DNA of 64,000 nucleotides from Clostridia bacterium (GCA_017399945.1 JAFQAQ010000004.1:199022-263021), one strand, 5' to 3'; positions 43,286-53,604 are shown, counted from the stretch's first letter. Notes: generated by a model from the sequence alone, not told the origin. A program made the numbers and translations.

Positions 43286-44131
43286 TCAAATACTACCGTA
43301 TATTTTTTGCATTGCTAGCGCATCTTGGTCTTGCGTGCCTGCCGATTCGCATATTACAACCGGTTCTAAACCTAGTTTTTTAAGCGATTTTGCAAGGGGC
43401 AAAAATTCCGGACCGTATCTTTGGTCTGCAAAGGTTAAGTGCCTTACTTCTCCTTTTGCAGAATACTCTATCCTGGAAAAATGCACGTGGAAGTGTTTCA
43501 TTCTAGATAACCCTAGTTTATCTATCATATATTGTAAACGAACGGTATAATCGTTTTCGGTTTTTAGCGTGCCGTTTTCCCTTGCGTTTATATGCCCAAA
43601 GTCCACCGCAGGAGTATAAATTTCGTCTATCAAACAAAAGTCCGTTACTTCTTCTATCGTGCCTATTTGCCCGATTTTTCCCATAGTTTCAGGACAAAAA
43701 GTTATATCGAATAGCCCTTGCTCCTTAACTATTTTCGCAAAGGTTTCTAGGCGACTTTTAGTTAGTTTTACCGCTTGTTCCCTTGACTGCTTGCCTTGGC
43801 TTGCAGGATGAAAAATCACACGATTTGCACCCATAAGTTTGGCTTTTTGGGCTGAACTTGTTAGATAAAAAAAAGATTTTTCGGCGTTTTCGGGTTCAGG
43901 GTTGGCAAGGTTGATATAATAGGGCGCGTGTACCGAAAGGGTTACCCCCGCCTCCTTAAACGCGTTGCCGATAGCAAGGGCACGCTCGTCAGTTAGGTTT
44001 ACCCCTCTGCCAAAAGAATATTCAAAACAATCAAGCCCCATATTCTTTACCCATATTGCCGACTGTTCGCTGGTCTTGTTACCTGCTTCCGAAAAGGCTA
44101 TGGAGTTGCCACTTGGCCCGAATTTTATCAT
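43286..44131 (-). CDS. endonuclease IV-like (AP endonuclease family 2) TIM-barrel protein
   Basis: 281 aa. VHAPYYINLANP, IFHPAS, CPETMGK, DFGHINA and HVHFSRIEY resemble Nfo metal-ligand blocks. Confidence 0.55.
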   Translation of the reverse strand: MIKFGPSGNSIAFSEAGNKTSEQSAIWVKNMGLDCFEYSFGRGVNLTDERALAIGNAFKEAGVTLSVHAPYYINLANPEPENAEKSFFYLTSSAQKAKLMGANRVIFHPASQGKQSREQAVKLTKSRLETFAKIVKEQGLFDITFCPETMGKIGQIGTIEEVTDFCLIDEIYTPAVDFGHINARENGTLKTENDYTVRLQYMIDKLGLSRMKHFHVHFSRIEYSAKGEVRHLTFADQRYGPEFLPLAKSLKKLGLEPVVICESAGTQDQDALAMQKIYGSI

Positions 44132-45012
44132 AAAGTTATACCTTTTACCAATTCTACGTCTTTTGCGATTTGTTGTTTAAGAGTATCTCCGTCTGGAAAT
44201 TTTTGCGTTTCTCTTATAAACGACAAAAATTCAACGGTGATTTGTTTTCCGTATAAATCTCCCTTAAAACCAATCAGATGGGCTTCTAATAGAGAGTTAG
44301 TTAGCCCGTACGTTGGGCGTTCCCCGTAATTTATAACGGCTGGAAATTTTTTGTCGTCAAATTTAACCACACCGGCATACACGCCTTGTTTAAGTAAAGA
44401 TTGTTTGTAATCTACCCCAAGGTTTGCCGTGGGAAAACCAAGACTTCTACCAACCTTTCTATCCCCGTTAACCACACCCGTAATTGAATATGGGGTTACC
44501 AAGCATTCGTTTGCCTTTTCAATTTTGCCTTGTTGCAAAAATTGTTTAACGCCGGTAGTAGAAACTTTTTCGCCGTCAATTAATTCTATTTTTTGTACAA
44601 AAACCTTTTGCCCGTGTGTTTTAGCGTACTCTTGCAAAAAGGTTACGTCGCCAGAGCCTTTATATCCAAAACGATAATCCTCCCCACAAAAATATGCCGA
44701 AACGTTTAGTTTTTGGTTTAGTTGGGTTAAAAATTCCGTTGGGGATAGCGACAAGTATTCCTTGTTTACAGGCGCAACGAAAAGCTCATTTACACCCATA
44801 TCGTAAAGCATTTTACGTCTTTCTTCTAAGGTATACACGTCGGGTAACTCTTGCCCACGCGTTAGGTTTTTAACGTTGCCGTCAAAAGTGAATACCGTGG
44901 TTGTGGCTTGGGTTTTCTTTGCGTGTTTTATCGCACCCGAAATTACCGCCCTATGCCCTATATGCAAACTATCAAAATACCCGAGCGCGATTACGGTTTT
45001 TTTATCTAACAT
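44128..45012 (-). CDS. ribF: bifunctional riboflavin kinase/FAD synthetase
   Basis: 294 aa. ALGYFDSLHIGH, plus the C-terminal kinase motif (GFPTANL...GVY). Confidence 0.88.
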   Translation of the reverse strand: MLDKKTVIALGYFDSLHIGHRAVISGAIKHAKKTQATTTVFTFDGNVKNLTRGQELPDVYTLEERRKMLYDMGVNELFVAPVNKEYLSLSPTEFLTQLNQKLNVSAYFCGEDYRFGYKGSGDVTFLQEYAKTHGQKVFVQKIELIDGEKVSTTGVKQFLQQGKIEKANECLVTPYSITGVVNGDRKVGRSLGFPTANLGVDYKQSLLKQGVYAGVVKFDDKKFPAVINYGERPTYGLTNSLLEAHLIGFKGDLYGKQITVEFLSFIRETQKFPDGDTLKQQIAKDVELVKGITL

Positions 45013-45850
45013 AGGCTTTTATCCTTAATATTCCGTCCTTTGATTGACCTATTCCCCAAAATTCGTTTTGGTTAAACACCCTATATAGCCCGTCGGCGTA
45101 TCCAAGGTTATCAAAAAGTCCGTTGAGTATTCTCGTTGCTTGTCTATCGGTTAAACGCGCAATAGGAAAATCAACTGCGTTCTCCGGTGGAATAAGATAT
45201 TTTTGCGGGTTGTCACTATCGATAAGGTCGGTTACCCACACGCCGTTATCTAAATTAAAAATTCCACTTTGCACCCTTGCAAGCTTGCTCATTACCCCAA
45301 GCGAATTTACCTTTTCGCCAACGTCCCTAGCAAGCGAACGGATATACGTTCCACCTTTACATTTTATTGTAAATTCAAAGGTGTTTTGGTCAATTTGGTT
45401 ATCCAAAGTAAAATCTAAAATGCATACCCTTTTGGGCTGCAACTCAAACTCCACACCCGAACGCGCTAGTTGATATCCACGTTTCCCGTTGACGCATTTA
45501 GCCGAGTATTTGGGTGGAATTTGGTCTATTTCGCCAATAAAGTCACCAAGCGCCTTTTCAATTTGTTCTTTGGTGGGAATAACCGAAGTTTTGTCCGTCG
45601 TTTGTCCCGTTACGTCCAAAGTATCCGTTGTATATCCAAACTGAAATTGCGCTTTATAGGTTTTGCTTTTATCAAGCAAATAATCAAACATTCTGCTTGT
45701 ATGCCCTAGACCTACCGGCAAAACGCCACTTGCCATAGGGTCTAACGTGCCCATATGACCACACGGCATATTGAATTTTTTCTTTACCGAAGTTACGGCG
45801 TAAGCCGAACTCATGCCTTCGGGTTTTAGTAAGTTTATAAATCCCTTCAT
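45002..45850 (-). CDS. truB: tRNA pseudouridine(55) synthase
   Basis: 282 aa. The HMGTLDPMASGVLPV catalytic-Asp motif. Confidence 0.9.
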   Translation of the reverse strand: MKGFINLLKPEGMSSAYAVTSVKKKFNMPCGHMGTLDPMASGVLPVGLGHTSRMFDYLLDKSKTYKAQFQFGYTTDTLDVTGQTTDKTSVIPTKEQIEKALGDFIGEIDQIPPKYSAKCVNGKRGYQLARSGVEFELQPKRVCILDFTLDNQIDQNTFEFTIKCKGGTYIRSLARDVGEKVNSLGVMSKLARVQSGIFNLDNGVWVTDLIDSDNPQKYLIPPENAVDFPIARLTDRQATRILNGLFDNLGYADGLYRVFNQNEFWGIGQSKDGILRIKAYVR

Positions 45851-46809
45851 AGCACGTCGGGAAGTTGTCTTTTAATAGAAAAGGTGATTTTATCCACCAC
45901 TTCTTCGTATTCGCCTGCAATTTGGCAACCACTTGCTAATATATGCCCGCCACCACCAAAATCACTTGCTACTGCGTTTACGTTGGTTTCGCCGTTAGAA
46001 CGAAGGCTTATTTTGTATTTATTCTTTCCAATTTCTAGTAAGCACGCGCCCACTTCAACGCCTTCTATACCCATTATAAATTCTATAAACCCTTCGGTTT
46101 CGTCTGGTTGAGCGCCCGTTAAAGCAAGGTCGTTTTGGGTTACGGTTGCAACTACTACTTTATCTTGATAAAAGTATCTAAGCGATTGCATTACCTTTCC
46201 GAATAACTTGGCTCTATTTTTAGATTGGGATACGAAAAGCTTTTTGTTGATTAAATTAAGGTCTGCGCCTTTTTCTATTAAGTGCGAAGCGACTACTAGC
46301 ACTGTCGATTGAACGTCTTTATGGCAAAATCTACCCGTATCGGTCATAATGCCAGAAGCAAGCGCATTTGCTATACGCTTATTTGGCTCAACTTCTAAAT
46401 GCGTGATTAAAAAATACACGTTTACTGCGTTTGCCGCGAAACATTGCACGTAGTTGGTTTTTGCAAAACGAGTGTTAGATACGTGATGGTCGATAACGAT
46501 AGTGTCTTTATGGTTTATAAACTCTTGCGCCAAGTCGCCTAGTCTAGTAACGTCTGCACAGTCGATTGCAACTAAACAGTCGTATTCTTTTTCTATACTA
46601 GAAAACACTTTTTCGCCGTCTAAAATAAAATCAAATTTACTAGGTACGGGATCACTGCATATAACGTCCGACTGAACGCCCAAAAGGTCTAACGCAAACT
46701 TTAAGCCAAAGGCAGAGCCTATCGTGTCCCCGTCCGGACGCACGTGACATATTATGCCTACACTTTTTTTAAGTTTTAGTGCCGTGGCAATTTGACTTAG
46801 TTCTATCAA
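45847..46809 (-). CDS. nrnA: DHH/DHHA1 phosphoesterase (NrnA-type oligoribonuclease/pAp phosphatase)
   Basis: 320 aa. HVRPDGDTIGS, DHH and GGGGH motifs. Confidence 0.8.
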   Translation of the reverse strand: MIELSQIATALKLKKSVGIICHVRPDGDTIGSAFGLKFALDLLGVQSDVICSDPVPSKFDFILDGEKVFSSIEKEYDCLVAIDCADVTRLGDLAQEFINHKDTIVIDHHVSNTRFAKTNYVQCFAANAVNVYFLITHLEVEPNKRIANALASGIMTDTGRFCHKDVQSTVLVVASHLIEKGADLNLINKKLFVSQSKNRAKLFGKVMQSLRYFYQDKVVVATVTQNDLALTGAQPDETEGFIEFIMGIEGVEVGACLLEIGKNKYKISLRSNGETNVNAVASDFGGGGHILASGCQIAGEYEEVVDKITFSIKRQLPDVL

Positions 46810-47180
46810 CCTTTTTCTCCTTTTGCTATTTCCAAAAATAGTTTGTCCATCTTGTCGCCGTATTCCATAGAACCGTCTAGTATAAAATGCAGTTCGGGTA
46901 CGGTTCTTGCACGGCTTGTTTTAGCAAGCTCGTATCTTATGCGTTTCGCGTCTTCTTTAATAGCTAAAAAAGTGCGCCCACTTTTTTCTTTATCAGTAGA
47001 ATATACGCTTATAAAAACGTTTGCGTGCGAAAGGTCTTTAGAAACGTCCACGTTAGTTACCGAAAACATTTCAGTTACCAACGGGTTTTTAAGTTTGCGA
47101 GAGATTATTTCGTACACTTCCCTTTGAATTTCACCTGATAATCTTTGGTTTCTTGGGATTTTGTTAGTTGGTCTTTTCAT
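46806..47180 (-). CDS. rbfA: ribosome-binding factor A
   Basis: 124 aa. Position after infB and an RbfA-like KH-fold pattern (VTNVDVSKDLSHANVFIS). Confidence 0.85.
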   Translation of the reverse strand: MKRPTNKIPRNQRLSGEIQREVYEIISRKLKNPLVTEMFSVTNVDVSKDLSHANVFISVYSTDKEKSGRTFLAIKEDAKRIRYELAKTSRARTVPELHFILDGSMEYGDKMDKLFLEIAKGEKG

Positions 47181-49756
47181 TAATCTTTACTCTCTTCTAC
47201 TTGATAAGATTCGATAAAGTCGCCCACCTTAATATCGTTAAAGCGTTCGATGCTGATACCACATTCAAAACCGTATGCAACTTCTTTTACGTCGTCCTTA
47301 AAGCGTTTGAGTTGGTTAACGTTTCCTTCACAAATCATTATGTCGTCACGATAAATTCTGAGTTTACCACTCCTGATGATCTTACCGTCGGTAACGTAAC
47401 AACCTGCAACTTGACCTACGCCGGAAATCTTAAATACTTCCCTAACTTCTGCTTTACCCATATATACTTCGGTAAACTTGGGCGCAAGCATACCTTTAAG
47501 CGCCTTTTCAACGTCTTCGATTGCTTCGTAAATAATTCTATAAAGTTTGATATCTACGCCACTTCTTTCGGCAATTTGTTTTGCGTTAGAGTCGGGACGT
47601 ACGTTAAAGCCGATGATAATTGCGCCCGAAGATTCGGCTAGCATAATATCCGATTCCTTTATCGCACCTGCCGCAGCGTGAATAACGTTGACTTTAACTT
47701 CTTCGTTGGAAAGTTTTTCCATCGATTGTTTTACTGCTTCCACAGAACCTTGTACGTCTGCTTTTACGATTAAGTTAAGTCCTTTTATAGAACCTTCTGC
47801 TATCTTGTTAAACACGTCGTCCAAAGTAACCTTAGACGATGCTTTTATCATATTTTCTCTTTCACGATTACGTCTTTCTTCGGCAACCATCTTGATAAGT
47901 TTTTCGGCTTCGCCTGCAAACAAGATATCGCCTGCGCCCGGAACTTCTTCTAAGCCCATAATGGATACGGGAGTGGAAGGTCCTGCATGGGTTATCTTTC
48001 TGCCCTTATCGTCTGCCATTGCACGTATTTTACCCGTTACCGTGCCTACGATTACGCTATCGCCAATTTTAAGCGTACCGTTTTGTACTAAAATAGTTGC
48101 GATAGGTCCTCTGCTTTGATCGAGTTTTGCTTCGATTACAACCCCCTTTGCCTTTCTGTTGGGGTTTGCTTTAAGGTCTTTTAGTTCGGCTATTAGGTTA
48201 ACGTTTTCAAGTAAAGTTTCTATTCCCATACCCGTTTTTGCCGAGATAGGACAAATTACCGTATCTCCACCCCATTCTTCTGGGAGTAAGCCGTGTTCAG
48301 TTAGTCCGGTCTTTACCCTTTCGATATTGGCTTCGGGTTTGTCCATTTTGTTAACGGCAACTATTATGGGAACTTCTGCTGCTTTTGCGTGATTGATTGC
48401 TTCGATAGTTTGTGGCATTATGCCGTCGTCGGCAGCTACTACTAAAATAGCAATATCCGTTGCTTGCGCACCCCTTGCACGCATTGAAGTGAACGCTGCG
48501 TGTCCGGGAGTGTCTAAAAAGGTTATTTGCTCACCGCCAACGGTAACTTGGTATGCACCGATATGTTGAGTAATACCACCAGCTTCGCCTTCGGTTACGT
48601 TGGTCTTTCTTATTTTATCAAGTAAAGAAGTTTTACCATGGTCAACGTGTCCCATTACCGTTACTACGGGTGGACGACGTACCAAGTTTTCTTCACTGTC
48701 GGTTTCGGTATCGAAACCTTCGCTTAGAACGTCTTCTGCCGTCTTGTCGAGTTTAAGTTCAAGTTCGATACCAAGGTCGGCTGCTATAAACGCTGCCGTA
48801 TCGAAATCGATAGAGTCGTTTATAGTTTTCATAATGCCTTCTTTAAATAACCTTTTGGTAATCTCAGCAGCGGTTATACCAATCTTTTCACTAAGACTCT
48901 TTAACGCTATAATCTCGGTGTTGATAACTGCCTTTTCAATCTTGATTACGTTGGTTTCGGCTTGTTCTTTATTTTTCTTTGCAGGACGGAACTTACGATA
49001 TCCAGTCTTGTTTTCGTCAAAATCTTCTATGCTTACGTTATTACGGATAAGCGAACGCTTGTTTACTACGCGTTTATCTTCATACGATTTTTCGTTGTTT
49101 TGTTTCTTTTTAGTCCCACTCTTTCTATCGTCTTTCATAACGATTGGAGGCGCAACGTAAGTTGAACTTGAACCTTGTGGTTTTCTGCCGCCCGAACGAT
49201 TGTCCTGACGGGTGTTGTCTCCTTGTGGTTTGTTGGGTTTATATTCCCCACGTTCTTTACGGAAATCGTTTTGGGGTTTCTTTTTATCGTTATCTCTATT
49301 AACGAACACACCCCTCGATACGATAAATTCGTTCTTTTTGGGCGCAGGAGCAGGTTGAGGAGCCTTTGCAGGTGCTGGTTCGGGAGTGGGTTTAACTTCT
49401 TCCTTAACTTCTTGTTTAACTTGTTGCTTTGGCTCTTCTTTTACTTGTTTTTCTTGCTCGTCAGGTTGTGGTTGTTGTTTAATAGGTTGTTCCTGAACGG
49501 GAGCTTCTTGCTCTTTTTTAGTTTCGGGCGGGGTAACTACTTGCTCCTTTTCCTTTTCAACGACTGGCTCTTGCAAAGGAACTTGTTCTTCCTTTTTGTT
49601 AAACTCCAAAAGTTTTTCTTCCATAAGCTTTTTTAACGCTTTAAGGGAAGATTCTTCTTTTAAAAGAGAGCCCGTTAGTTTTCCGATTGCGTCTTTTGTT
49701 AGTAATTCGTTGATTTTTTTGATGTTTTCGTTGCGAACCGTCTTGTTCTCTGCCAT
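47180..49756 (-). CDS. infB: translation initiation factor IF-2
   Basis: 858 aa. A low-complexity K/E/Q/P-rich N-terminus, then a [22 protein letters not shown]-domain. Confidence 0.95.
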   Translation of the reverse strand: MAENKTVRNENIKKINELLTKDAIGKLTGSLLKEESSLKALKKLMEEKLLEFNKKEEQVPLQEPVVEKEKEQVVTPPETKKEQEAPVQEQPIKQQPQPDEQEKQVKEEPKQQVKQEVKEEVKPTPEPAPAKAPQPAPAPKKNEFIVSRGVFVNRDNDKKKPQNDFRKERGEYKPNKPQGDNTRQDNRSGGRKPQGSSSTYVAPPIVMKDDRKSGTKKKQNNEKSYEDKRVVNKRSLIRNNVSIEDFDENKTGYRKFRPAKKNKEQAETNVIKIEKAVINTEIIALKSLSEKIGITAAEITKRLFKEGIMKTINDSIDFDTAAFIAADLGIELELKLDKTAEDVLSEGFDTETDSEENLVRRPPVVTVMGHVDHGKTSLLDKIRKTNVTEGEAGGITQHIGAYQVTVGGEQITFLDTPGHAAFTSMRARGAQATDIAILVVAADDGIMPQTIEAINHAKAAEVPIIVAVNKMDKPEANIERVKTGLTEHGLLPEEWGGDTVICPISAKTGMGIETLLENVNLIAELKDLKANPNRKAKGVVIEAKLDQSRGPIATILVQNGTLKIGDSVIVGTVTGKIRAMADDKGRKITHAGPSTPVSIMGLEEVPGAGDILFAGEAEKLIKMVAEERRNRERENMIKASSKVTLDDVFNKIAEGSIKGLNLIVKADVQGSVEAVKQSMEKLSNEEVKVNVIHAAAGAIKESDIMLAESSGAIIIGFNVRPDSNAKQIAERSGVDIKLYRIIYEAIEDVEKALKGMLAPKFTEVYMGKAEVREVFKISGVGQVAGCYVTDGKIIRSGKLRIYRDDIMICEGNVNQLKRFKDDVKEVAYGFECGISIERFNDIKVGDFIESYQVEESKD

Positions 49757-49792
49757 AAAATTCTCCTACTGAATTAAAAAATACCCGTTGGG

Positions 49793-50098
49793 TTAAATAC
49801 TTTCAAATTCTTCCGTACCGTTTTGTATAATCGCTTTTGCTAGCGAATTGTCTGTTACAGCCATCACCTTCGTGTTGTCGGTAAAAGTGTATTCTATAAG
49901 CGCTTTTTGCTTGCTGACCATTATTGGACAATTAAACTTCTTTGCTACCTTTTTAGCTTGTTCTTTGGTGTTTTCAGAAGCCGTTTTACAAACTAGTATT
50001 AAGTTTGCCCTTTTTAACGTTTGTACCGAGTTCATTCCCGCGCGGTATTTGCCCGAACGTATTACGAACCCAATAAACGTTGCCGTCTTATTGCCCAC
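49793..50098 (-). CDS. ylxQ: L7Ae-family RNA-binding protein YlxQ
   Basis: 101 aa, lying between ylxR and infB as in Bacillus. Confidence 0.7.
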   Translation of the reverse strand: MGNKTATFIGFVIRSGKYRAGMNSVQTLKRANLILVCKTASENTKEQAKKVAKKFNCPIMVSKQKALIEYTFTDNTKVMAVTDNSLAKAIIQNGTEEFESI

Positions 50099-50360
50099 TG
50101 CTTAGCGTCTCCTCTATTTGTGCGTACGTTTGATCGCTTACTTCGCATGAAAATACTTTGTTTAGTATCTTTTGCTTTTTAAGTTTTTTTGCGCATTCAG
50201 CGTCGGTACAGATATAAGCGCCCCTGCCGTTTGCTCTACCCGTTTTGTCAACGGTTATCTGATCCCCACTTTTTACTATACGTAAAAGTTCCTTTTTAGG
50301 AAAGGATTTTCTGCAAACCACGCACGTGCGCATAGGAACTTTCTTTTCCATATCTTTCAC
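50088..50360 (-). CDS. ylxR: YlxR/RnpM family (DUF448) RNA-binding protein
   Basis: 90 aa. The RTCVVCR...GRGAYIC motif, immediately after nusA. Confidence 0.8.
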   Translation of the reverse strand: MKDMEKKVPMRTCVVCRKSFPKKELLRIVKSGDQITVDKTGRANGRGAYICTDAECAKKLKKQKILNKVFSCEVSDQTYAQIEETLSSGQ

Positions 50361-50364
50361 CGAA

Positions 50365-51441
50365 CTATTCTTCTACCGTTTCGGTTTGAGTTTCTATATC
50401 GCCGTCAAAGTTGCTTTCGCTTTTAACGTCTACTTTCCAGCCGGTAAGTCTTACTGCAAGACGTACGTTTTGACCGCTTCTGCCGATTGCGAGCGAAAGT
50501 TTGTCGTCGGGAACTACTGCAACTGCACTATTGTCGCCCGTTTGAATTACCTTTACTACTCTTGCAGGAGATAACGCCCTAGAAATAAATTCTAGTGGGT
50601 TTTCACTCCATACGATTATATCTATCTTTTCGCCACCGAGTTCGGCTACGATTGCGTTTACCCTTGCGCCTTTGTTACCAACGCATGCGCCAAGTGCGTC
50701 TACCATAGGATCTTCACTGTGGATAGCGATTTTTGTTCTTTGTCCCGGTTCTCTCGCAACGCCTTTAACTACTACTACGCCTTGCTTAATTTCAGGAACT
50801 TCGTTTTCAAATAAACGTTTAACCAAACCGTTTGCAGTTCTACTAACCATAATTTGCGCTGCTTTGCCGGTGTTTTTAACCTTTTTAACGTACACGTTAA
50901 GTCTTTGGTTAAGTTCGTATTTTTCGCCCGGAACTTGGTCCTTTGGAAGTAACACGCCCTCGATTTGGTTTCCACCAATTTCCACGTAAACGTTACCGTC
51001 TTCTATACGACGTACGGTACATACCATAAGTTCGCCTTCTCTATCTTCAAACTCGCTCACGGTGTTGTCCCTTTCTATTTCACGCAATTTTTGCATTAAT
51101 ACTTGTTTTGCAGTTTGCGCTGCGATTCTTCCGAAGTTTTTAGATATGATTTCGGTGGATAAAACGTCCCCTTCTTTTGCAGTCTTTTTAATTTCCCTTG
51201 CTTGTTCTACGCTGAGTTCCTTGTCGGGATCAGTTACTTCTGCTACGACGTTTTTGGTGCTGTAGATTTTGATTGCGTTCTTTTCAGGGGTGAGTTTTAC
51301 CGTTACTCCTCCCGTTTCGCCGGTTGCCTTTTTGTAGGCGATTACTAGTGCGTCTTCAAGCGCGGATATAAAATCTTCTTGACGGATGCCCTTTTCGCTT
51401 TCTAAGTCTACAAGTGCCTTAAAAAAATCCTGATTTATCAT
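50365..51441 (-). CDS. nusA: transcription termination/antitermination factor NusA
   Basis: 358 aa. S1 plus two KH domains (RTKIAIHS, CVGNKGARVNAI, AIGRSGQNVRLA). Confidence 0.95.
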   Translation of the reverse strand: MINQDFFKALVDLESEKGIRQEDFISALEDALVIAYKKATGETGGVTVKLTPEKNAIKIYSTKNVVAEVTDPDKELSVEQAREIKKTAKEGDVLSTEIISKNFGRIAAQTAKQVLMQKLREIERDNTVSEFEDREGELMVCTVRRIEDGNVYVEIGGNQIEGVLLPKDQVPGEKYELNQRLNVYVKKVKNTGKAAQIMVSRTANGLVKRLFENEVPEIKQGVVVVKGVAREPGQRTKIAIHSEDPMVDALGACVGNKGARVNAIVAELGGEKIDIIVWSENPLEFISRALSPARVVKVIQTGDNSAVAVVPDDKLSLAIGRSGQNVRLAVRLTGWKVDVKSESNFDGDIETQTETVEE

Positions 51442-51480
51442 AATTTCTCCTTAAAACATAACGTTTATTTTTTAATTTTA

Positions 51481-51945
51481 TCAGTCAAAGTCAACGTATT
51501 CGTTTACTTTAACCGTGTTTTTTAAATCTATCGTATAAGTGTTTTTTGCGTCTACTTTCAAGGTTATCGACTTGCCGTCGTATGAAAGTAATTCGCCGTC
51601 CAACATCTTTTTGCCACGTATGGAATTAATAAGTTTTACTTCTACCTTTTTTCCAATATGCGAAATAAAATGTTCGTCCGTCTTAAACGGCCAATCCACG
51701 CCAAGACTGGATACGTTTAAGGTATAGGCAAGCCCGAAAGTTGGATCCAGTTGGTCGAGCGGTTCGTTTATGGCGTTGTGCACCAACTCGCAAGTATCTA
51801 AATCCACACCGCCTTCCTTGTTTATAAAAACCGTTAGCGAAGGATTTTTGCCTTGCTTAAACTCTACTTCTACTACGCTTACCCCAAGTGGATTTACTAT
51901 CTCACGCAAAAATTCAAGTATCTCTGCATTTGATTTTACTTTCAT
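51481..51945 (-). CDS. rimP: ribosome maturation factor RimP
   Basis: 154 aa, immediately upstream of nusA. RimP-like pattern (VVEVEF...L.VFI...GV.LD.CE). Confidence 0.88.
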   Translation of the reverse strand: MKVKSNAEILEFLREIVNPLGVSVVEVEFKQGKNPSLTVFINKEGGVDLDTCELVHNAINEPLDQLDPTFGLAYTLNVSSLGVDWPFKTDEHFISHIGKKVEVKLINSIRGKKMLDGELLSYDGKSITLKVDAKNTYTIDLKNTVKVNEYVDFD

Positions 51946-51957
51946 AAAAACCCCCTT

Positions 51958-51993
51958 CTAAAAAGATATGAGAACGGAAAACCGTTCTCATAT
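51958..51993 (-). terminator. intrinsic terminator/attenuator in the rimP-nusA leader
   Basis: ATATGAGAACGG-AAAA-CCGTTCTCATAT (12-bp stem, 51966-51993), followed on the minus strand by CUUUUUAG. It lies between the stop at 52069 and the rimP start at 51945. Confidence 0.7.
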
Positions 51994-52068
51994 TCAAGCC
52001 TTAGTATTTATTGCCTATTTATATTAACATATAAATTAAGTTTTTGCAAGCGTTTTTATAATTTTTTT

Positions 52069-53604
52069 CTATTTGCCACTCTTGGCTTTAATTTTTAATA
52101 GTTCTATAAAAATTTCGGCAGTCGCGTATGCGTCCGACAACGCTCTGTGATGATGAAAGACTATTCCAAAATGCTCTGCTAGGGTGTGTAAATCGTTTTT
52201 TCTTAGTTGTGGAAGGTACTTTCTTGATAGTTCCATAGTATCCATAACTTTGTTTTTGATTTTATAATCTTCTGCACCTGCAAAACGTTTTATGAACTTC
52301 ATATCGAATTCGGCGTTTTGCGCAACTAGCACGCTTCCTTCTATAAACTTCATAAAATCGGGTATTACCGCCTTAATCTTAGGACAATCCTTTACCATAT
52401 CGTAGGTAATTCCGGTTATCTTAACGTTTTCTTCGCTAATCGGGTGTTCTGGGTTAATAAGGGTTGTAAACTGCTCTGCTATCTTGCCGTTTATTATTTT
52501 TACCGCTCCTATTTCGGTTATGCCGTTGCTCATAAGTTCTAGTCCGGTGGTTTCTAGGTCGAAAACCACGTAGTTTTGACTAGTTAACTCGTCCGGAAGT
52601 TCAAAATCGTTGTCGAAAACCGTGCTTACTTTTACAGTTTTTGCCGGCGACGGATATACTAACGAATAGTTTTTGGGGGCGCTCTTTTCAAACCTTGGTT
52701 TTTTTACAAAGTTCTTTGGAAAAAAACAACGATTAATCTTTTCAAAGGTAAAAGAATTTTTGCCGTTATATTCACCGAGAGTTCCCCTTGCGATTATGCA
52801 CTCGCCAACGGGGATATCGCGTATTTTTTGCAAGGTGCTTTTTTTAGAAAAGTATATTCCGCTTAACTTTCCCGTCGTATCGTCTATATGTATTATAAAC
52901 ATTGGCTTGCCGTTTTTGGTGGTCTTTTCGGTAATTTCGGTTACCGTGCCACACACGGTATAGTTTCCGTGTTCGGTTAAATCTTCTATATAAAAGGCTA
53001 TATCGCCCATGTTTTCATCGTCGATTTCTACAACGTCTTCAACTTTTATCGTGCGATATTCTATCTTTTGAAGTTCGCTTTCGTAAACTTCGTCCGACAA
53101 TAAAGATATGGTTTCTTCCACGTGTTTTTCTTCGGTCGAACCTATAAAATCGGCGCAAAAACGATTGCCTAAATATGCGTTTAGTTTTTTTAGCGTTCCG
53201 TTTCTTTGAACGTATTCCACGCCGTCCTTAGTTAATTTTACGTTATATCTCACCACGCCCTCTTCGTACTTACAAGAAAGGTCGGTGGGTTTTAAGTATA
53301 TTGAAACCGACGGATAGTTAGTTGATAAAAAATCGTAAATATCCTTGCATATAATCTCGCTATCGCAAGAAATTTTCTTTACGGTAACCACCACTACCTT
53401 AAAGGCTGGCAAGGTGATTTTTTCTGCGTGCGAAAGGATAAGGTCTTTAACCTCCTCGCTGACCGTTTGATCGCATATAAAACGATAGGTAATCTTTTTG
53501 TTTTCTCGGTCGATTTCTATTTGGTTAAGGCGCATGTTTTTTACCGACGGATGCACTGAGCGAACGTCTGATAAAAATTCCGCGTGGCTTTTTACCGTAA
53601 ACAT
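52069..53604 (-). CDS. PolC-like N-terminal domain plus OB fold plus DEDDh 3'-5' exonuclease, lacking PHP and polymerase domains
   Basis: 511 aa. ExoI YVVFDLETTGL, ExoII LVAQNAEFDMKFI and ExoIII HHHRALSDAYATAEIF align with B. subtilis PolC exonuclease motifs as recalled from memory. An OB-like segment (YTVCGTVTEI...GECIIARGTLGEY) precedes them. Confidence 0.7.
   Translation of the reverse strand: MFTVKSHAEFLSDVRSVHPSVKNMRLNQIEIDRENKKITYRFICDQTVSEEVKDLILSHAEKITLPAFKVVVVTVKKISCDSEIICKDIYDFLSTNYPSVSIYLKPTDLSCKYEEGVVRYNVKLTKDGVEYVQRNGTLKKLNAYLGNRFCADFIGSTEEKHVEETISLLSDEVYESELQKIEYRTIKVEDVVEIDDENMGDIAFYIEDLTEHGNYTVCGTVTEITEKTTKNGKPMFIIHIDDTTGKLSGIYFSKKSTLQKIRDIPVGECIIARGTLGEYNGKNSFTFEKINRCFFPKNFVKKPRFEKSAPKNYSLVYPSPAKTVKVSTVFDNDFELPDELTSQNYVVFDLETTGLELMSNGITEIGAVKIINGKIAEQFTTLINPEHPISEENVKITGITYDMVKDCPKIKAVIPDFMKFIEGSVLVAQNAEFDMKFIKRFAGAEDYKIKNKVMDTMELSRKYLPQLRKNDLHTLAEHFGIVFHHHRALSDAYATAEIFIELLKIKAKSGK

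Noticed and set aside
45684-45932. 82-aa minus-strand ORF across the nrnA/truB junction.
   Set aside because: It is an alternative frame overlapping two well-supported genes that already overlap each other by 4 nt (translational coupling).
47168-49636. Long plus-strand ORFs antisense to infB (47168..47641, 47688..48119, 48600..49160, 49175..49636). Similar shadow ORFs lie opposite fhs, trkH, trkA, metG, the portal gene and others.
   Set aside because: They lie entirely within strongly supported minus-strand genes. They have low-complexity or Leu/Phe/Ser-rich composition typical of antisense frames, and they have no RBS.
48900-49640. Repetitive K/E/Q/P-rich coding stretch that looked like a DNA tandem repeat.
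   Set aside because: It is the normal low-complexity N-terminal linker region of IF-2. There is no exact nucleotide periodicity.
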